A stretch of DNA of 64,000 nt, taken from assembly GCA_963713975.1 (NCBI GenBank), contig OY970218.1, positions 1,824,001 to 1,888,000 of the forward strand. Reading direction: 5' to 3'. The position numbers and the translations under genes were made by a program. The notes beneath the pieces were generated by a model. That model was not told where the DNA came from. It made no database searches and saw nothing but the letters and a program-made list of their open reading frames with translations. The DNA is from an uncultured Chloroflexia bacterium (lineage in GTDB: Bacteria > Chloroflexota > Limnocylindria > Limnocylindrales > CSP1-4). This document shows, in pieces, positions 18,272-28,556 of the stretch; within the stretch, counting starts at the first letter, position 1; each line of letters opens with the position of its first letter.

Positions 18272-19351
18272 CTACTCCTCGCCCAGGTGGACGGCCGGCT
18301 GGGGCAGGGGCGGCTCGTCAGGGTCCGCGGCGGCTGCCGCGGCACGTCCGCGGGTCTGCGAGAGCAGCACCCCGGCGAGGATCAGGGCGCCGCCGACCCA
18401 CTGGACCGGCGCCAGGTGCTCGTCCAGGAGGATCGAGGCGGCCAGGATGGTCCACAGCGGCTCGACTGTGGAGACAAGGGATGCCTGCGCCGCGCCCACA
18501 CGCTGGGCCCCGGCGTAGAACGCCTGCACGGCCAGGAACCCGGCCACGACGGCGACGCCCAGGATCCCCGGCCACGCGGCGGGGGGGATGGCATCGGGCA
18601 GCACCGGGTGTCCAGTGCCGAGGTTGACCGTCCAGTAGACGACCGCCGTGGCACTGAGCATCACGGCGCCCACTACGGAGGCGTTCGCCCCGTTGCTCGA
18701 CTCGTGCCCCGTGCGGTCCCGGCGCTCGCCCGAATGGCGGGCGGCCAGGATGATCCAGACCGAGTACAGGAGCGGCGAGGCGATGATCAGGAGGAGGCCG
18801 TCGAGCGGCGGTGCGCTGTCGGCGCTGATGCCGCCCACCGCCAGGACGACGCCGGCGACGGCGATCGCGAGGGCCGTCCATGCGCGACGCCCCTCGAGGG
18901 GCCGGCCCAGGCGCAGGGCAAGCACGGCGACGACGGGCGGGTAGATGTAGACGATGAGAGCGGCCAGGGAGAGGTCCACCGTGGTGATGCCCGCGTAGTA
19001 CGTGGCGGTGTTGCTGACGTACAGCACGCCAAGGCCGATGGTCGCCAGCAGGGCCTTGCGCGGGATCGAGCGCAGCGCGCGGCGTGCCTCGGGCCGTGCG
19101 AGCAGCACCACCCACGCCAGGGCCCCGGCGATGCCGAACCGCCACGCCATGAGCGTCAGCCAGTCGATGCCCGCGTCGTACGCCGGGCGGGCGAACAGGC
19201 CGCCGGAGCCGAAGGCGATGGCGGAGACGACGACGAGGATGATGCCGGTCAGGCGGGCTCTGTCCACCCGATCGAGGGTAGCGAACGTGGACGGCGGAGC
19301 GGGGTCCGCTCGGCCCACCGCGGCCGTGACCGGGGCGGGCGTGCTCGCCAC
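18272..19351 (-). CDS. DMT/EamA family transporter
   Basis: About 10 TMs, two EamA repeats (AWRF; LIVYIYP; STVEP; QWVGGALIL); start uncertain. Confidence 0.9.
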   Translation of the reverse strand: MASTPAPVTAAVGRADPAPPSTFATLDRVDRARLTGIILVVVSAIAFGSGGLFARPAYDAGIDWLTLMAWRFGIAGALAWVVLLARPEARRALRSIPRKALLATIGLGVLYVSNTATYYAGITTVDLSLAALIVYIYPPVVAVLALRLGRPLEGRRAWTALAIAVAGVVLAVGGISADSAPPLDGLLLIIASPLLYSVWIILAARHSGERRDRTGHESSNGANASVVGAVMLSATAVVYWTVNLGTGHPVLPDAIPPAAWPGILGVAVVAGFLAVQAFYAGAQRVGAAQASLVSTVEPLWTILAASILLDEHLAPVQWVGGALILAGVLLSQTRGRAAAAAADPDEPPLPQPAVHLGEE

Positions 19352-19451
19352 CGCCAAAGGGCCGCCCGTCCCCCTTGTGGGAGCCCTATGGCCGGTCGCA
19401 ACCGTGCCGCAACAGACGGCTCGATCCGCCCGCGACGCGTACACTTGGTCC

Positions 19452-19964
19452 GTGGCTAATCTCACTGAGCGCGCCGTAGCAGCGCGCGTTCCCGCCCTCG
19501 TCTCCCAACCCCTCATGGTGCTCAGCCGCCGGCAGCCCGTCTCCGTCGCGCCGGGAACCACGATCGCCGAGTGCCTGCTGGCCATCCAGCGCACCGGGAC
19601 CGGGGACTCCGTGTTCGTGGCGGACGAGAACGGGCGTCTCGCCGGCGTGCTCACGGAGCGCGACGTCTTCAGCCGCCTGGTGGGCCCGGACGTGGGCCAG
19701 GGTGTGGACGTCGACTCGCCGGTCGAGATGTTCATGACCGTGAACCCGAACACGCTGCGCCTCGATCAGACCGTGCTGGATGCGCTGGTGCTGATGCAGT
19801 CGAGCCGCTATCGGAATGTCCCCGTCGTGGACGAGGATGGACTCCTCGTCGGGGTGGTGCGCCAGGTCGACATCCTCAAGTACCTCGCGGAATCGTTCCC
19901 CGAGGAACTGCTAAATCTGCCGCCCCGACCACATCAGCGAATGGAGCAGGCCGAAGGCGGATGA
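19452..19964 (+). CDS. CBS-pair (Bateman) protein
   Basis: GVLTERD, MTVNP, YRNVPVVD..G.LVGVV. Confidence 0.88.
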   Translation: MANLTERAVAARVPALVSQPLMVLSRRQPVSVAPGTTIAECLLAIQRTGTGDSVFVADENGRLAGVLTERDVFSRLVGPDVGQGVDVDSPVEMFMTVNPNTLRLDQTVLDALVLMQSSRYRNVPVVDEDGLLVGVVRQVDILKYLAESFPEELLNLPPRPHQRMEQAEGG

Positions 19965-21832
19965 CGACGACACCTGAAGGGATCGAGCGCGAAGTCCAGC
20001 TGCTCGATCGGGTCACGATCCGGTTCGCGGGCGACTCCGGCGACGGCATGCAGCTCACCGGGACCCAGTTCACCAGGACGGCCGCCGTCTTTGGCAACGA
20101 CGTCAGCACCTACCCGGACTACCCGGCCGAGATCCGCGCACCCGCCGGCTCCCTGCCCGGCGTGTCCGGGTTCCAGATCAGCTTCTCCGCGTCGGACATC
20201 CATACCCCCGGTGACGCTCCGGACGTGCTGGTCGCCATGAACCCCGCCGCCCTCAAGACCAACGTCGTGGACGTGCCTCCCGGCGGTGCGGTGATCGTCA
20301 ACGCGGACGCCTTCACGCCATCGAACCTGTCGAAGGCCGCCTACGCGTCGAACCCGCTTACGGACGACTCGCTCAAGGCCTACAAGGTCTTCGAGGTCCC
20401 CATCAGCACCCTCAACGCGCGTGCGCTGGAGGGGCTGGAGATGACCAGCAAGCAGGTCGACCTGACGAAGAACTTCTTCGCCCTGGGCCTGATGTTCTGG
20501 CTCTACGAGCGGTCGATGGAGCCCACCCTCGAGTGGATCGACCAGAAGTTCGCCAGCCGGGCGGTGGTCGCGGAGGCCAACCGGCTTGCGCTGAACGCCG
20601 GCTACGCCTTCGGCGAGACCACCGAGATGTTCCACACCACCTACCGGGTTCCCAAGGCAAAGCTGGCTCCGGGGACGTACCGCAACATCACGGGCAACGA
20701 GGCCACCGCACTCGGGTTCCTCACGGCGGCCAGCCTCGCGAAGCGGGACCTGTTCTACGGGTCCTACCCGATCACGCCCGCCTCGGACATCCTCCACCAG
20801 CTGGCAGGCTACAAGTCGTTCGGCGTCCGCACCTTCCAGGCGGAGGACGAGATCGCGGCCATGGGCGCCACGATCGGCGCCGCGTATGGCGGTGCACTCG
20901 CGCTGACGGGAACGTCCGGTCCAGGTGTCGCCCTCAAGGCGGAGGCGATGGGCCTCGCGGTCATGACCGAGCTCCCGATGGTGATCGTCAACGTCCAGCG
21001 TGCCGGTCCGTCCACGGGGTTGCCCACCAAGGTCGAGCAGGCGGACCTGCTCCAGGTGCTCTACGGCCGCAACGGCGAATCGCCGATGCCCGTCCTGGCG
21101 CCGGCGACGCCTGCCGACTGCTTCGAGTTGGCCATCGAGGCCTCGCGCATCGCCCTCAAGTACATGACCCCGGTCGCGTACCTATCGGATGCGTTCGTGG
21201 GCAACGGGGCGGAGCCATGGCGGATCCCGGATCTCGCGGAGCTGCCGGACATCTCCATCCCCAACGCCGTGAAGGACGAGGGTACGTTCCTGCCGTACGG
21301 CCGGGACCCGGAGACGCTGTCGCGGCCGTGGGCCGTTCCCGGCACGGCCGGCCTCGAGCACCGGATCGGCGGCCTGGAGAAGCTTGACGGCCTGGGCACC
21401 GTCAGCTACGACTCGGACAACCACCACCGGATGACGCAGCTGCGGGCCGCCAAGATCGCAGGGATCGCGCAGGACATCCCGCCGCTCGAGACGTTCGGCG
21501 TCGACGAGGGCGAGCTCCTGATCCTCGGCTGGGGCTCCACCTATGGTGCGCTCCGGAGCGCGACCGAGATCCTGGTGGACCAAGGCAGGTCCGTGGCACA
21601 TGCCCACCTGCGCTACCTCAACCCGTTCCCGGCCAACACCGGCGAGGTCCTGCAGCGTTTCCGCACCGTGCTGGTGCCCGAGCTCAACCTCGGCCAGCTG
21701 TCATTCGTGATCCGGGGCACCTACCTCGTGGATGCCATCAGCTACGGCAGGGTCCGAGGCAAGCCGTTCCGGATCGCCGAGATCGTGGCCGAGGCGGAGC
21801 GCCTGCTGGCCGAGCGGGAGGTCTCTCGATGA
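19961..21832 (+). CDS. korA: 2-oxoacid:ferredoxin oxidoreductase alpha subunit
   Basis: FAGDSGDGMQLTG, YPITPAS, QAEDEI, QRAGPSTGLPT, GWGSTYG. Confidence 0.93.
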   Translation: MTTTPEGIEREVQLLDRVTIRFAGDSGDGMQLTGTQFTRTAAVFGNDVSTYPDYPAEIRAPAGSLPGVSGFQISFSASDIHTPGDAPDVLVAMNPAALKTNVVDVPPGGAVIVNADAFTPSNLSKAAYASNPLTDDSLKAYKVFEVPISTLNARALEGLEMTSKQVDLTKNFFALGLMFWLYERSMEPTLEWIDQKFASRAVVAEANRLALNAGYAFGETTEMFHTTYRVPKAKLAPGTYRNITGNEATALGFLTAASLAKRDLFYGSYPITPASDILHQLAGYKSFGVRTFQAEDEIAAMGATIGAAYGGALALTGTSGPGVALKAEAMGLAVMTELPMVIVNVQRAGPSTGLPTKVEQADLLQVLYGRNGESPMPVLAPATPADCFELAIEASRIALKYMTPVAYLSDAFVGNGAEPWRIPDLAELPDISIPNAVKDEGTFLPYGRDPETLSRPWAVPGTAGLEHRIGGLEKLDGLGTVSYDSDNHHRMTQLRAAKIAGIAQDIPPLETFGVDEGELLILGWGSTYGALRSATEILVDQGRSVAHAHLRYLNPFPANTGEVLQRFRTVLVPELNLGQLSFVIRGTYLVDAISYGRVRGKPFRIAEIVAEAERLLAEREVSR

Positions 21833-22878
21833 CCGAGACGACGGCCGGCCCGGCCCCGGTCGAGGGTGGCCTGATCAAGCTCACGCGCAAGGACTTCGTG
21901 GCGCCGCAGGAGGTCCGCTGGTGCCCGGGCTGCGGGGACTACTCCATCCTCGCCCAGACCCAGAAGGTGATGCCGGACTTCGGCGTGCCGCGGGAGAACA
22001 TCGTCTTCATCTCCGGCATCGGCTGCTCCGGGCGCCTGCCGTACTACATGAACACCTACGGGTTCCACTCGATCCACGGCAGGGCACCAACGCTCGCCAC
22101 GGGTCTGCGGATCTCGCGGCCGGACCTGATGGTCTGGGTGATCACGGGTGACGGGGACGCCTTGTCGATCGGCGGGAACCACTTCCTGCACTCGATGCGC
22201 CGGAACCTTGACTTCACGATGGTGATGCACAACAACCGCATCTACGGCCTCACCAAGGGCCAGGCATCGCCCACGTCGGAGTTCGGCAAGCGGACCAAGT
22301 CCACACCGATGGGCTCCACGGACCGGCCGATCATGCCGCTGACGATCGCCCTCGCGGCGGAGGCGACGTTCGTGGCGCGCACGGTCGACACCCACACCGA
22401 GCACCTTCACGCCACGCTCGAGGCGGCCGGGCGCCACCGTGGTGCCTCGTTCATCGAGGTCCTGCAGAACTGCAACATCTTCAACGACGGCGCATGGCGC
22501 GACTTCACCGAGCGCGACGTCCGCGATGACCGGATGCTATTCCTGGAGCACGGCAAGCCGCTCATCTACGGCAAGGACCGCAACATGGGCATCCGCCTGC
22601 GCGGCCTGCACCCCGAGGTCGTGACGATCGGGGAGGACGGCGTGACCGAGGAGGACCTGGTCGTTCACGACCAGCACGCCGAAGACCCCTATCTCGCCCT
22701 CATCCTGTCGCGCATGTTCTGGCCCGAGTTCCCGGTGCCGGTCGGCGTCCTGCGCGAGGTGGAGCGGCCCACGCAATCAGATCTCATCGAAGCCCAGATC
22801 GAGCAGGCCATCGCGAAGTCCGGACCAGGCGACCTGGTGCAGGCGCTCCGAGCCGGCGAGACCTGGACAGTGGAGTAG
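21829..22878 (+). CDS. korB: 2-oxoacid:ferredoxin oxidoreductase beta subunit
   Basis: WCPGCGDY, SGIGCS, GDGD TPP motif, YGLTKGQ. Confidence 0.93.
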   Translation: MTETTAGPAPVEGGLIKLTRKDFVAPQEVRWCPGCGDYSILAQTQKVMPDFGVPRENIVFISGIGCSGRLPYYMNTYGFHSIHGRAPTLATGLRISRPDLMVWVITGDGDALSIGGNHFLHSMRRNLDFTMVMHNNRIYGLTKGQASPTSEFGKRTKSTPMGSTDRPIMPLTIALAAEATFVARTVDTHTEHLHATLEAAGRHRGASFIEVLQNCNIFNDGAWRDFTERDVRDDRMLFLEHGKPLIYGKDRNMGIRLRGLHPEVVTIGEDGVTEEDLVVHDQHAEDPYLALILSRMFWPEFPVPVGVLREVERPTQSDLIEAQIEQAIAKSGPGDLVQALRAGETWTVE

Positions 22879-22881
22879 ACG

Positions 22882-23382
22882 ATGCTCTGTCCGAACTGCC
22901 ACACCGACAATTTTGAGGGCGAGGACACCTGCGCCAACTGCTCTGCCGACCTGTCAACCGCGGACACGCCGCAGGCGGTGGGCGACTATCAGGACACGAT
23001 CCTGGGCGATCACCTGGATGCGCTCGGCCTCGGCTCGCCGACAGTGGTCGACCCCGGCATGCCGGTGGCTGCCGCGATCCGGCTGATGCACGAGAGCGGC
23101 GGCGATTGCCTCGTGGTCTGCGACCAGGGGCGCGTGGTCGGGGTGTTCACGGACCGCGACGCGGCGGTCAAGGCGGTCGACAAGCGGCTCGGCCTGTTCC
23201 GGATCCGCGACTTCATGACCCCCGACCCGGTGATCCTGAGGCGGGAGGACACGATCGCCGTGGCCATCCACAAGATGGCGGTTGGTGGCTTCCGCCACAT
23301 CCCACTCGTCGACGATGGCGAGCTCATCGGCGTGGTGTCCGCCGCAGACGTCTTCCGTCACCTCGTCGCCTCGCTCGCGTGA
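22882..23382 (+). CDS. Zinc-ribbon + CBS-pair protein
   Basis: CPNC...CANC; GVFTDRD, MTPDP, GFRHIPLVD. Confidence 0.88.
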   Translation: MLCPNCHTDNFEGEDTCANCSADLSTADTPQAVGDYQDTILGDHLDALGLGSPTVVDPGMPVAAAIRLMHESGGDCLVVCDQGRVVGVFTDRDAAVKAVDKRLGLFRIRDFMTPDPVILRREDTIAVAIHKMAVGGFRHIPLVDDGELIGVVSAADVFRHLVASLA

Positions 23383-23777
23383 CGGGCGGCCCGGCCGCGG
23401 CCCGGCCGCGGATCGCGGTCCTCGCCGACGACTTGATCTGGTCCACGCGCCTTGCCGACGGTGTCCGGCGCGTTGGGGGTGAGGAGGTGCCCGTGCGCTC
23501 GGCGGCAGGGCTGGCGGGCGTCCTGGCGATGGTCGATGGCTGTATCGTCGACCTGACCGCCCGCGCCTACGACGGCCTCGCCTGTGTCGCGACGGCCACC
23601 GCCGCGGGAGTGCCGGTGGTCGCCCTCGGCCAGCACGATGACGCAGATGCCAGAAGCGCGGCCCGGAACGCCGGTGCAACCCGAGTGTTCGCCTACCGGT
23701 CCCTGTTCGATCACGGTGATCGCGAGCTCGGAACCTGGATCGCCAGCCTGTCGCACGGCCCAAAGGAGCAGTCATGA
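23379..23777 (+). CDS. Atypical receiver-like protein
   Basis: IAVLADDLIWSTRL, CIVDL, VVALGQH, ARNAGA; GTGA and ATGA overlaps with neighbours. Confidence 0.65.
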   Translation: MTGGPAAARPRIAVLADDLIWSTRLADGVRRVGGEEVPVRSAAGLAGVLAMVDGCIVDLTARAYDGLACVATATAAGVPVVALGQHDDADARSAARNAGATRVFAYRSLFDHGDRELGTWIASLSHGPKEQS

Positions 23778-24943
23778 GCACGGCAATCAGCCCGGAACGG
23801 TACGCGGAGCGGCTGGCAGTCGCCCGCAGCGCGGTGGCAGCGGCGGGGCTGGATGCGATGCTCGTGGGGGTCGGAGCGGACTTGCGGTACCTCGCGGGGT
23901 ACGAGGCGCTGCCACTCGAGCGATTGACGCTGCTGGTGATCCCCGCGGCCGGGGACGCGCCGATGACCCTGGTCGCACCGCGCCTGGAGGCCATGCCCGC
24001 CCGGAGCTGCCCTGCGGCGGTGTCCGGGACCGTCTCCGTTGCCACCTGGGAGGAGACGGAGGACCCCATGGAGCTGGTCGCGGCGTCGCTGGCGGCCGCC
24101 GTGGGCCGGCCCGCGGGCGAGGTCGCAGCCGTAGCGGTCTCGGACGGGTTGCGGGCCGCGTTCGTGCTCGGACTCCAGCGGGTGCTCCCGGGGGCACGGT
24201 TCTCGGTCGCCTCGTCCGTGCTTCGGGCGCTGCGGATGCGCAAGGATCCCGAGGAGGTGACGCTGCTGCGCGCCGCTGCACAGGCTGCCGATCGCGTGGT
24301 GTGGGCGGTCGCACACGGGCCGCTGGTCGGACGTAAGGAGGCTGACGTGGCTCGCGAGATCCGCGAGCGCCTCGTGGCCGAAGGTCACGAGCACGCCGAG
24401 TTCTCCATCGTCGCCTCGGGTCCCAACAGCGCTTCGCCGCACCACGAGCCCGGCGATCGCGTCATCGCCGCAGGCGAGCCGATCGTGATCGACATCGGCG
24501 GCACCGTGCGCGGCTACGGCTCCGACATCACGCGCACGGTGTGGGTCACCGGAGGCGACCCGTCGAAGGGACCGCACCCGGACTTCGTCGCGCTGTACGT
24601 CGTGCTCCAGCACGCGCAGGCCGCGGCCACGGCCGTGGTCCGCCCGGGGATCACCTGCGAGCGCGTCGACATGGTCGCCCGGTCCATGATCACCGACTCC
24701 GGCTACGGTCCGCAGTTCTTCCACCGGACTGGTCACGGCATCGGTCTCGAGGGCCATGAGGAGCCGTACCTCGTCGACGGCAACCGCGAGCGCATGGCCG
24801 AGGGCATGGCGTTCAGCGTGGAGCCCGGCATCTATCTCGAGGGCCGGTTCGGCGCCCGCATCGAGGACATCGTCGTGTGCGGCGACGACGGGCCGATCGT
24901 GCTCAACGAGCTGGTCCGGGACCTGCTCGTCGTGTCCGGGTGA
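23774..24943 (+). CDS. Xaa-Pro aminopeptidase/prolidase (M24B)
   Basis: DIGG, SDITRT, HRTGHGIGLEGHE, EPGIY, RIED. Confidence 0.92.
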   Translation: MSTAISPERYAERLAVARSAVAAAGLDAMLVGVGADLRYLAGYEALPLERLTLLVIPAAGDAPMTLVAPRLEAMPARSCPAAVSGTVSVATWEETEDPMELVAASLAAAVGRPAGEVAAVAVSDGLRAAFVLGLQRVLPGARFSVASSVLRALRMRKDPEEVTLLRAAAQAADRVVWAVAHGPLVGRKEADVAREIRERLVAEGHEHAEFSIVASGPNSASPHHEPGDRVIAAGEPIVIDIGGTVRGYGSDITRTVWVTGGDPSKGPHPDFVALYVVLQHAQAAATAVVRPGITCERVDMVARSMITDSGYGPQFFHRTGHGIGLEGHEEPYLVDGNRERMAEGMAFSVEPGIYLEGRFGARIEDIVVCGDDGPIVLNELVRDLLVVSG

Positions 24944-25117
24944 GCGGAGTAGACGCCCGTTGCGACGGGCGCCACGACGCCGGTCCGGACGGGCGTCGTG
25001 GGGCGGTCCCGGGCGAGCGGAGGTATCATCCGCCGACCGGTCGGGCCCCGACCGTCCCGAGAGCCCAACGATGACGAACCTTCCCGCGGTGGCCTCGCCG
25101 CCCCGCATCGACGGCCG

Positions 25118-25711
25118 ATGAGCCGTCACGGCCGTCACGGCCGTCACCAGACTCAGGGTAGTCCCGGGCGTCCGCGCCCCGCGCCTCAGGCGTCGGAGCG
25201 CCCTGCGTCGCCGGTGGACACGCGACCCGCCGATGGCCCCGCGGGCGCGCCGGAGGCATCGACCGCTCCGCGTTCCGTGCCCCGGCCTGCCGGGTCCGCG
25301 CCGGTCGAGGCCCCGGGCGCGTCCGCACCAATCGTGGTCGCCGCGCCCGCCCGGCGCCCAGATCCCGTGCCAGCCCCGGGTCCCTTGCCAGCCCTCGACG
25401 GCGGGCTCAGGGTCGACCTCCAGCCTTCCGGTCCCACGTGCACCGTCGCCCAGCTGCGCCGCTTCATCAAGAGCCGGCCCTGGATACCGATGCACGAGCT
25501 GCGCCGCCGGTTCGGCATCTACGGCGGGGACGACGATGTCTCGCCCATCCGCGTCGGCGAGCACACGCTGTTCGTCGGGCTGCCGCCCGCGGAGAGCCGC
25601 CTGATGGCCGAGCTCCTGTCCGGCGGCGACGTCGGCTACGAGCTGTCGCTTGACCCGCGCACGCCCGTGGTGGTGGGCGTATACCCCATGCGGCCCGTCC
25701 CCCGGGGCTGA
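25118..25711 (+). CDS. Hypothetical protein: Pro/Ala-rich N-terminus, compact C-terminal domain
   Basis: C-terminal CTVAQLRRFIKSRPWIPMHELRRRFG...VVVGVYPMRP with coding-type codon bias; start uncertain. Confidence 0.65.
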   Translation: MSRHGRHGRHQTQGSPGRPRPAPQASERPASPVDTRPADGPAGAPEASTAPRSVPRPAGSAPVEAPGASAPIVVAAPARRPDPVPAPGPLPALDGGLRVDLQPSGPTCTVAQLRRFIKSRPWIPMHELRRRFGIYGGDDDVSPIRVGEHTLFVGLPPAESRLMAELLSGGDVGYELSLDPRTPVVVGVYPMRPVPRG

Positions 25712-25753
25712 CCCCGGCGCCCGGCCGGAGTGGAGCCCTCCGCGCTCCCTGGA

Positions 25754-27577
25754 CTAGATCCCGGCGTCGTACGCCTTGGGCAGTGCCTCCACGACCGGCG
25801 CCTTCGTGCGCAGATCCCGCAACGCGGCCTGGTCCATCGAGGCAAGGCGCGGCAGGTCCGCCTGGTTGCTGCGCAGGAGCCGCTCGGTGAGCGTGGACAG
25901 CAGCAGCTTGTTGACTTCGGGGACCTCCATCACCGCGCGCAGAGATTCGGCCGGAACCTCCATCAGTGTGCTGGCCTGCGTGGCCACGACGTCCGCCGTG
26001 CGCGGGCTGCCCGTGAGCGCGGCGATCTCCCCGAAGAAGTCGCCGGCGCTCATCGTGGACAGGCCGCGGTAGCCGCCGTCCGGCTCGGGAACACCTGCTG
26101 CGGCCTCGCCGTGGAGGATGAAGTAGGCGGCGGTCGCCTTGTCACCGTGCGTAACCAGCCGGGCGCCCTCGGGCACCTCGCGGAGCAGCGCGTTCCTGAT
26201 GAAGGCGGCACGCTGCGGGTCGGAGAGACGGGAGAAGGTGGCCAGGTGGCCGACGAGGTGGTCGAAGTCGCCCATCGTGGCCGGTCGGACCTCGCCGGCG
26301 CCAGTCGGAGTGGTGGCGCGCAGGGCAACCAGGCCACGTCGCCACTCCGCGGCCGGGCGACCGACACCCGGTGCCACCAGGGACACGAGGGCCACGACCA
26401 CCAGGATCAACGACGCCGCGATGATCATCGCCCGGATATCGAGGACGTCGGCCAGGCCGGCGGCGGCCATGCCCGCGAGGAAGATCACGTCGCGCATCAC
26501 GAACAGCGCCGAGAACACCCGGCCACGGAGCTCGCGCGGCGTGTGGCGCTGGAGGAGCGTCTGGCGGGCGACGGCGGGGGGCGAGTTGAAGAACCCGCTG
26601 ACCGTCACCCACACGATGGCGATGGTGATGGTCGGCGACAGGCCGTACAGGATTCCGGAGATGCCCATCCCCATCATGCCCACGAAGATCCACAGCCCGA
26701 TCTGTAGTCGGTCGGCGTAGCGGACCATGAACAGGCTGCCGAGCACGAACCCGACGGACGTCAGGCCCTCCTGGATCCCGTACTCGAACTCCGTGCCACC
26801 GAGGACCGTGATCGCCATCGGCAGGAGGAGGACGTTCCACAGGCCGAACGCGAAGAACGCCGGTGCGCCCAGCAGGAACAGGGAGCGCAGCATCGGGGTG
26901 TCCCAGATGGTGCGCACGCCGGTCTTGAGGTTGGCGATCACGACGCCGACCGTGGCCTCTTCGTCCGGGGCCTCCATCTTGACCCGCGTCCTCATGAAGT
27001 AGATGCAGCCCGCCGAGAACACGAACGTGAGCGCGTCGATCCAGAACGCCAGCCGGATGTCGATCGAGGCCAGCAGGCCGGCACCCGCAAAACCGATGGC
27101 CGTGGAGCCGAAGGACGCGATCTGCAGGAAGGCGTTGGCCGCCGTGAGCTCGTCGTCGCTCGCGATCTCCGGGATCAATGCCTCGTAGGCGGGATCGAAG
27201 AACTGCTTGACGCCGGCGTTGACGAGGATGGCCACGAACAGGAGCGCGGCGTTGACACCCAGCAGGAACGGGATGGTCGCCACCACCACGCCCTGAGCGA
27301 GGTTGCTGGCCATCATGACCTTGCGCCGGTCCCAGCGATCCACGAAGACGCCGGCGATGAGGCCGACGACGAGGCTCGGGATGGCCGTGGCCATCAGCGT
27401 GACGCCGACGAGGAACGCCGATCCGGTGACGCTGTAGACGTAGATCCCTGCCGCGAGGTCCGTGAGCGCCGAGCCGGCCGTGGAGACGAGCTGGGCCAGC
27501 CACATCAGGACGAAGTCGGGCTTCTTGAACACGGCGGTCGACGAGACGTGTGCGTTCACGACGCCGGCTTCACTCAT
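25754..27577 (-). CDS. MFS transporter (DHA3/MefA-like) fused to a C-terminal cyclic-nucleotide-binding domain
   Basis: Motif A GVFVDRWDRRKVM; about 12 TMs; CNB motif GDFFGEIAALTGSPRTADV. Confidence 0.92.
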   Translation of the reverse strand: MSEAGVVNAHVSSTAVFKKPDFVLMWLAQLVSTAGSALTDLAAGIYVYSVTGSAFLVGVTLMATAIPSLVVGLIAGVFVDRWDRRKVMMASNLAQGVVVATIPFLLGVNAALLFVAILVNAGVKQFFDPAYEALIPEIASDDELTAANAFLQIASFGSTAIGFAGAGLLASIDIRLAFWIDALTFVFSAGCIYFMRTRVKMEAPDEEATVGVVIANLKTGVRTIWDTPMLRSLFLLGAPAFFAFGLWNVLLLPMAITVLGGTEFEYGIQEGLTSVGFVLGSLFMVRYADRLQIGLWIFVGMMGMGISGILYGLSPTITIAIVWVTVSGFFNSPPAVARQTLLQRHTPRELRGRVFSALFVMRDVIFLAGMAAAGLADVLDIRAMIIAASLILVVVALVSLVAPGVGRPAAEWRRGLVALRATTPTGAGEVRPATMGDFDHLVGHLATFSRLSDPQRAAFIRNALLREVPEGARLVTHGDKATAAYFILHGEAAAGVPEPDGGYRGLSTMSAGDFFGEIAALTGSPRTADVVATQASTLMEVPAESLRAVMEVPEVNKLLLSTLTERLLRSNQADLPRLASMDQAALRDLRTKAPVVEALPKAYDAGI

Positions 27578-27770
27578 CGCCTGACGCCCGCCATCCCCGG
27601 CTCATCCGCCGCCGCATCGATCCTCCCGGTCCGGGTCACGCCCTCCGGCGGCACGGGTCGACCCTGGGCAGGATCCCGGACGCGAGGACAGGCGCGCAGT
27701 GTACGACGCCCGACCGCTAGGATTCGCCCGTGTCCCGCACGAGTCGGGAGCCCGGCATGGAGGCACGGCG

Positions 27771-28556
27771 ATGAGCGATCCGCGCGACGCGGTCATCCTG
27801 CACGCGCTCGAGGAGGTCGCCGTGCGGGCGGCCGCCGCTGGCCGCCTGGAGCCCGCCGGCGGCGACGCCGTCCTGCGTTCCGTGGTCGAGGTGGCCGTCG
27901 CGGTGTTTGACGCGGCCGCCGCCTCCATCGCGCTTCACGATCCCGCGACGGACAGGCTGGTCATCCGGGTCGCGGCGGGGCCGGCAGGGGCCGGCGCGAT
28001 CGGGCTCACGCTGGCGAGCAGCGAGGGCATCGCCGGCTACGTGTTCACCACGGGCCAGCCGCTCGTCGTCAGCGACGTGACCGCGGACCCGCGCTTCGAC
28101 CGTGCGACGGCCGAGAGCACGGGCTATGTGCCCCGCTCGATCCTCGCCGTCCCCGTGCTCGCCGATGACGGCAGCATCGGGGTGCTCGAGGTGCTCGACG
28201 GCCGGGGGGATGCGGGTTTCGGGCTCCGGGACCTGGACCTGGCCTCCGTGTTCGCGCGGCAGGCCTCCGTCGTTGTCGGGGCGGGGCGCGTCGAGCGGGA
28301 CACCACCGAGCTGGTCCGACGCACGCTCGTGCACCTGGTCGAGGACCCAGATGCCGACGGACTGGCCATCGACGCGGCGGTGGCAGCGATCGCGGCCGGC
28401 CTGGATGGCGACGAGGGTGCCCAGCTCTGGGCACTGGCCGATGCCGTCGCCCGCGCACGACGTGCCGCGCCGGACCAGGTGGCGCTCGTCGTGGAGATCC
28501 TCGACGCGCTGGCCCGTCGCGCCCCGAGGTCCGGAGCGAGGACCCTGCGCCGGTGA
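27771..28556 (+). CDS. GAF-domain protein
   Basis: EGIAGYVFTTGQP, DPRF, SILAVP, GVLEVLD; GGAGG RBS. Confidence 0.88.
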   Translation: MSDPRDAVILHALEEVAVRAAAAGRLEPAGGDAVLRSVVEVAVAVFDAAAASIALHDPATDRLVIRVAAGPAGAGAIGLTLASSEGIAGYVFTTGQPLVVSDVTADPRFDRATAESTGYVPRSILAVPVLADDGSIGVLEVLDGRGDAGFGLRDLDLASVFARQASVVVGAGRVERDTTELVRRTLVHLVEDPDADGLAIDAAVAAIAAGLDGDEGAQLWALADAVARARRAAPDQVALVVEILDALARRAPRSGARTLRR

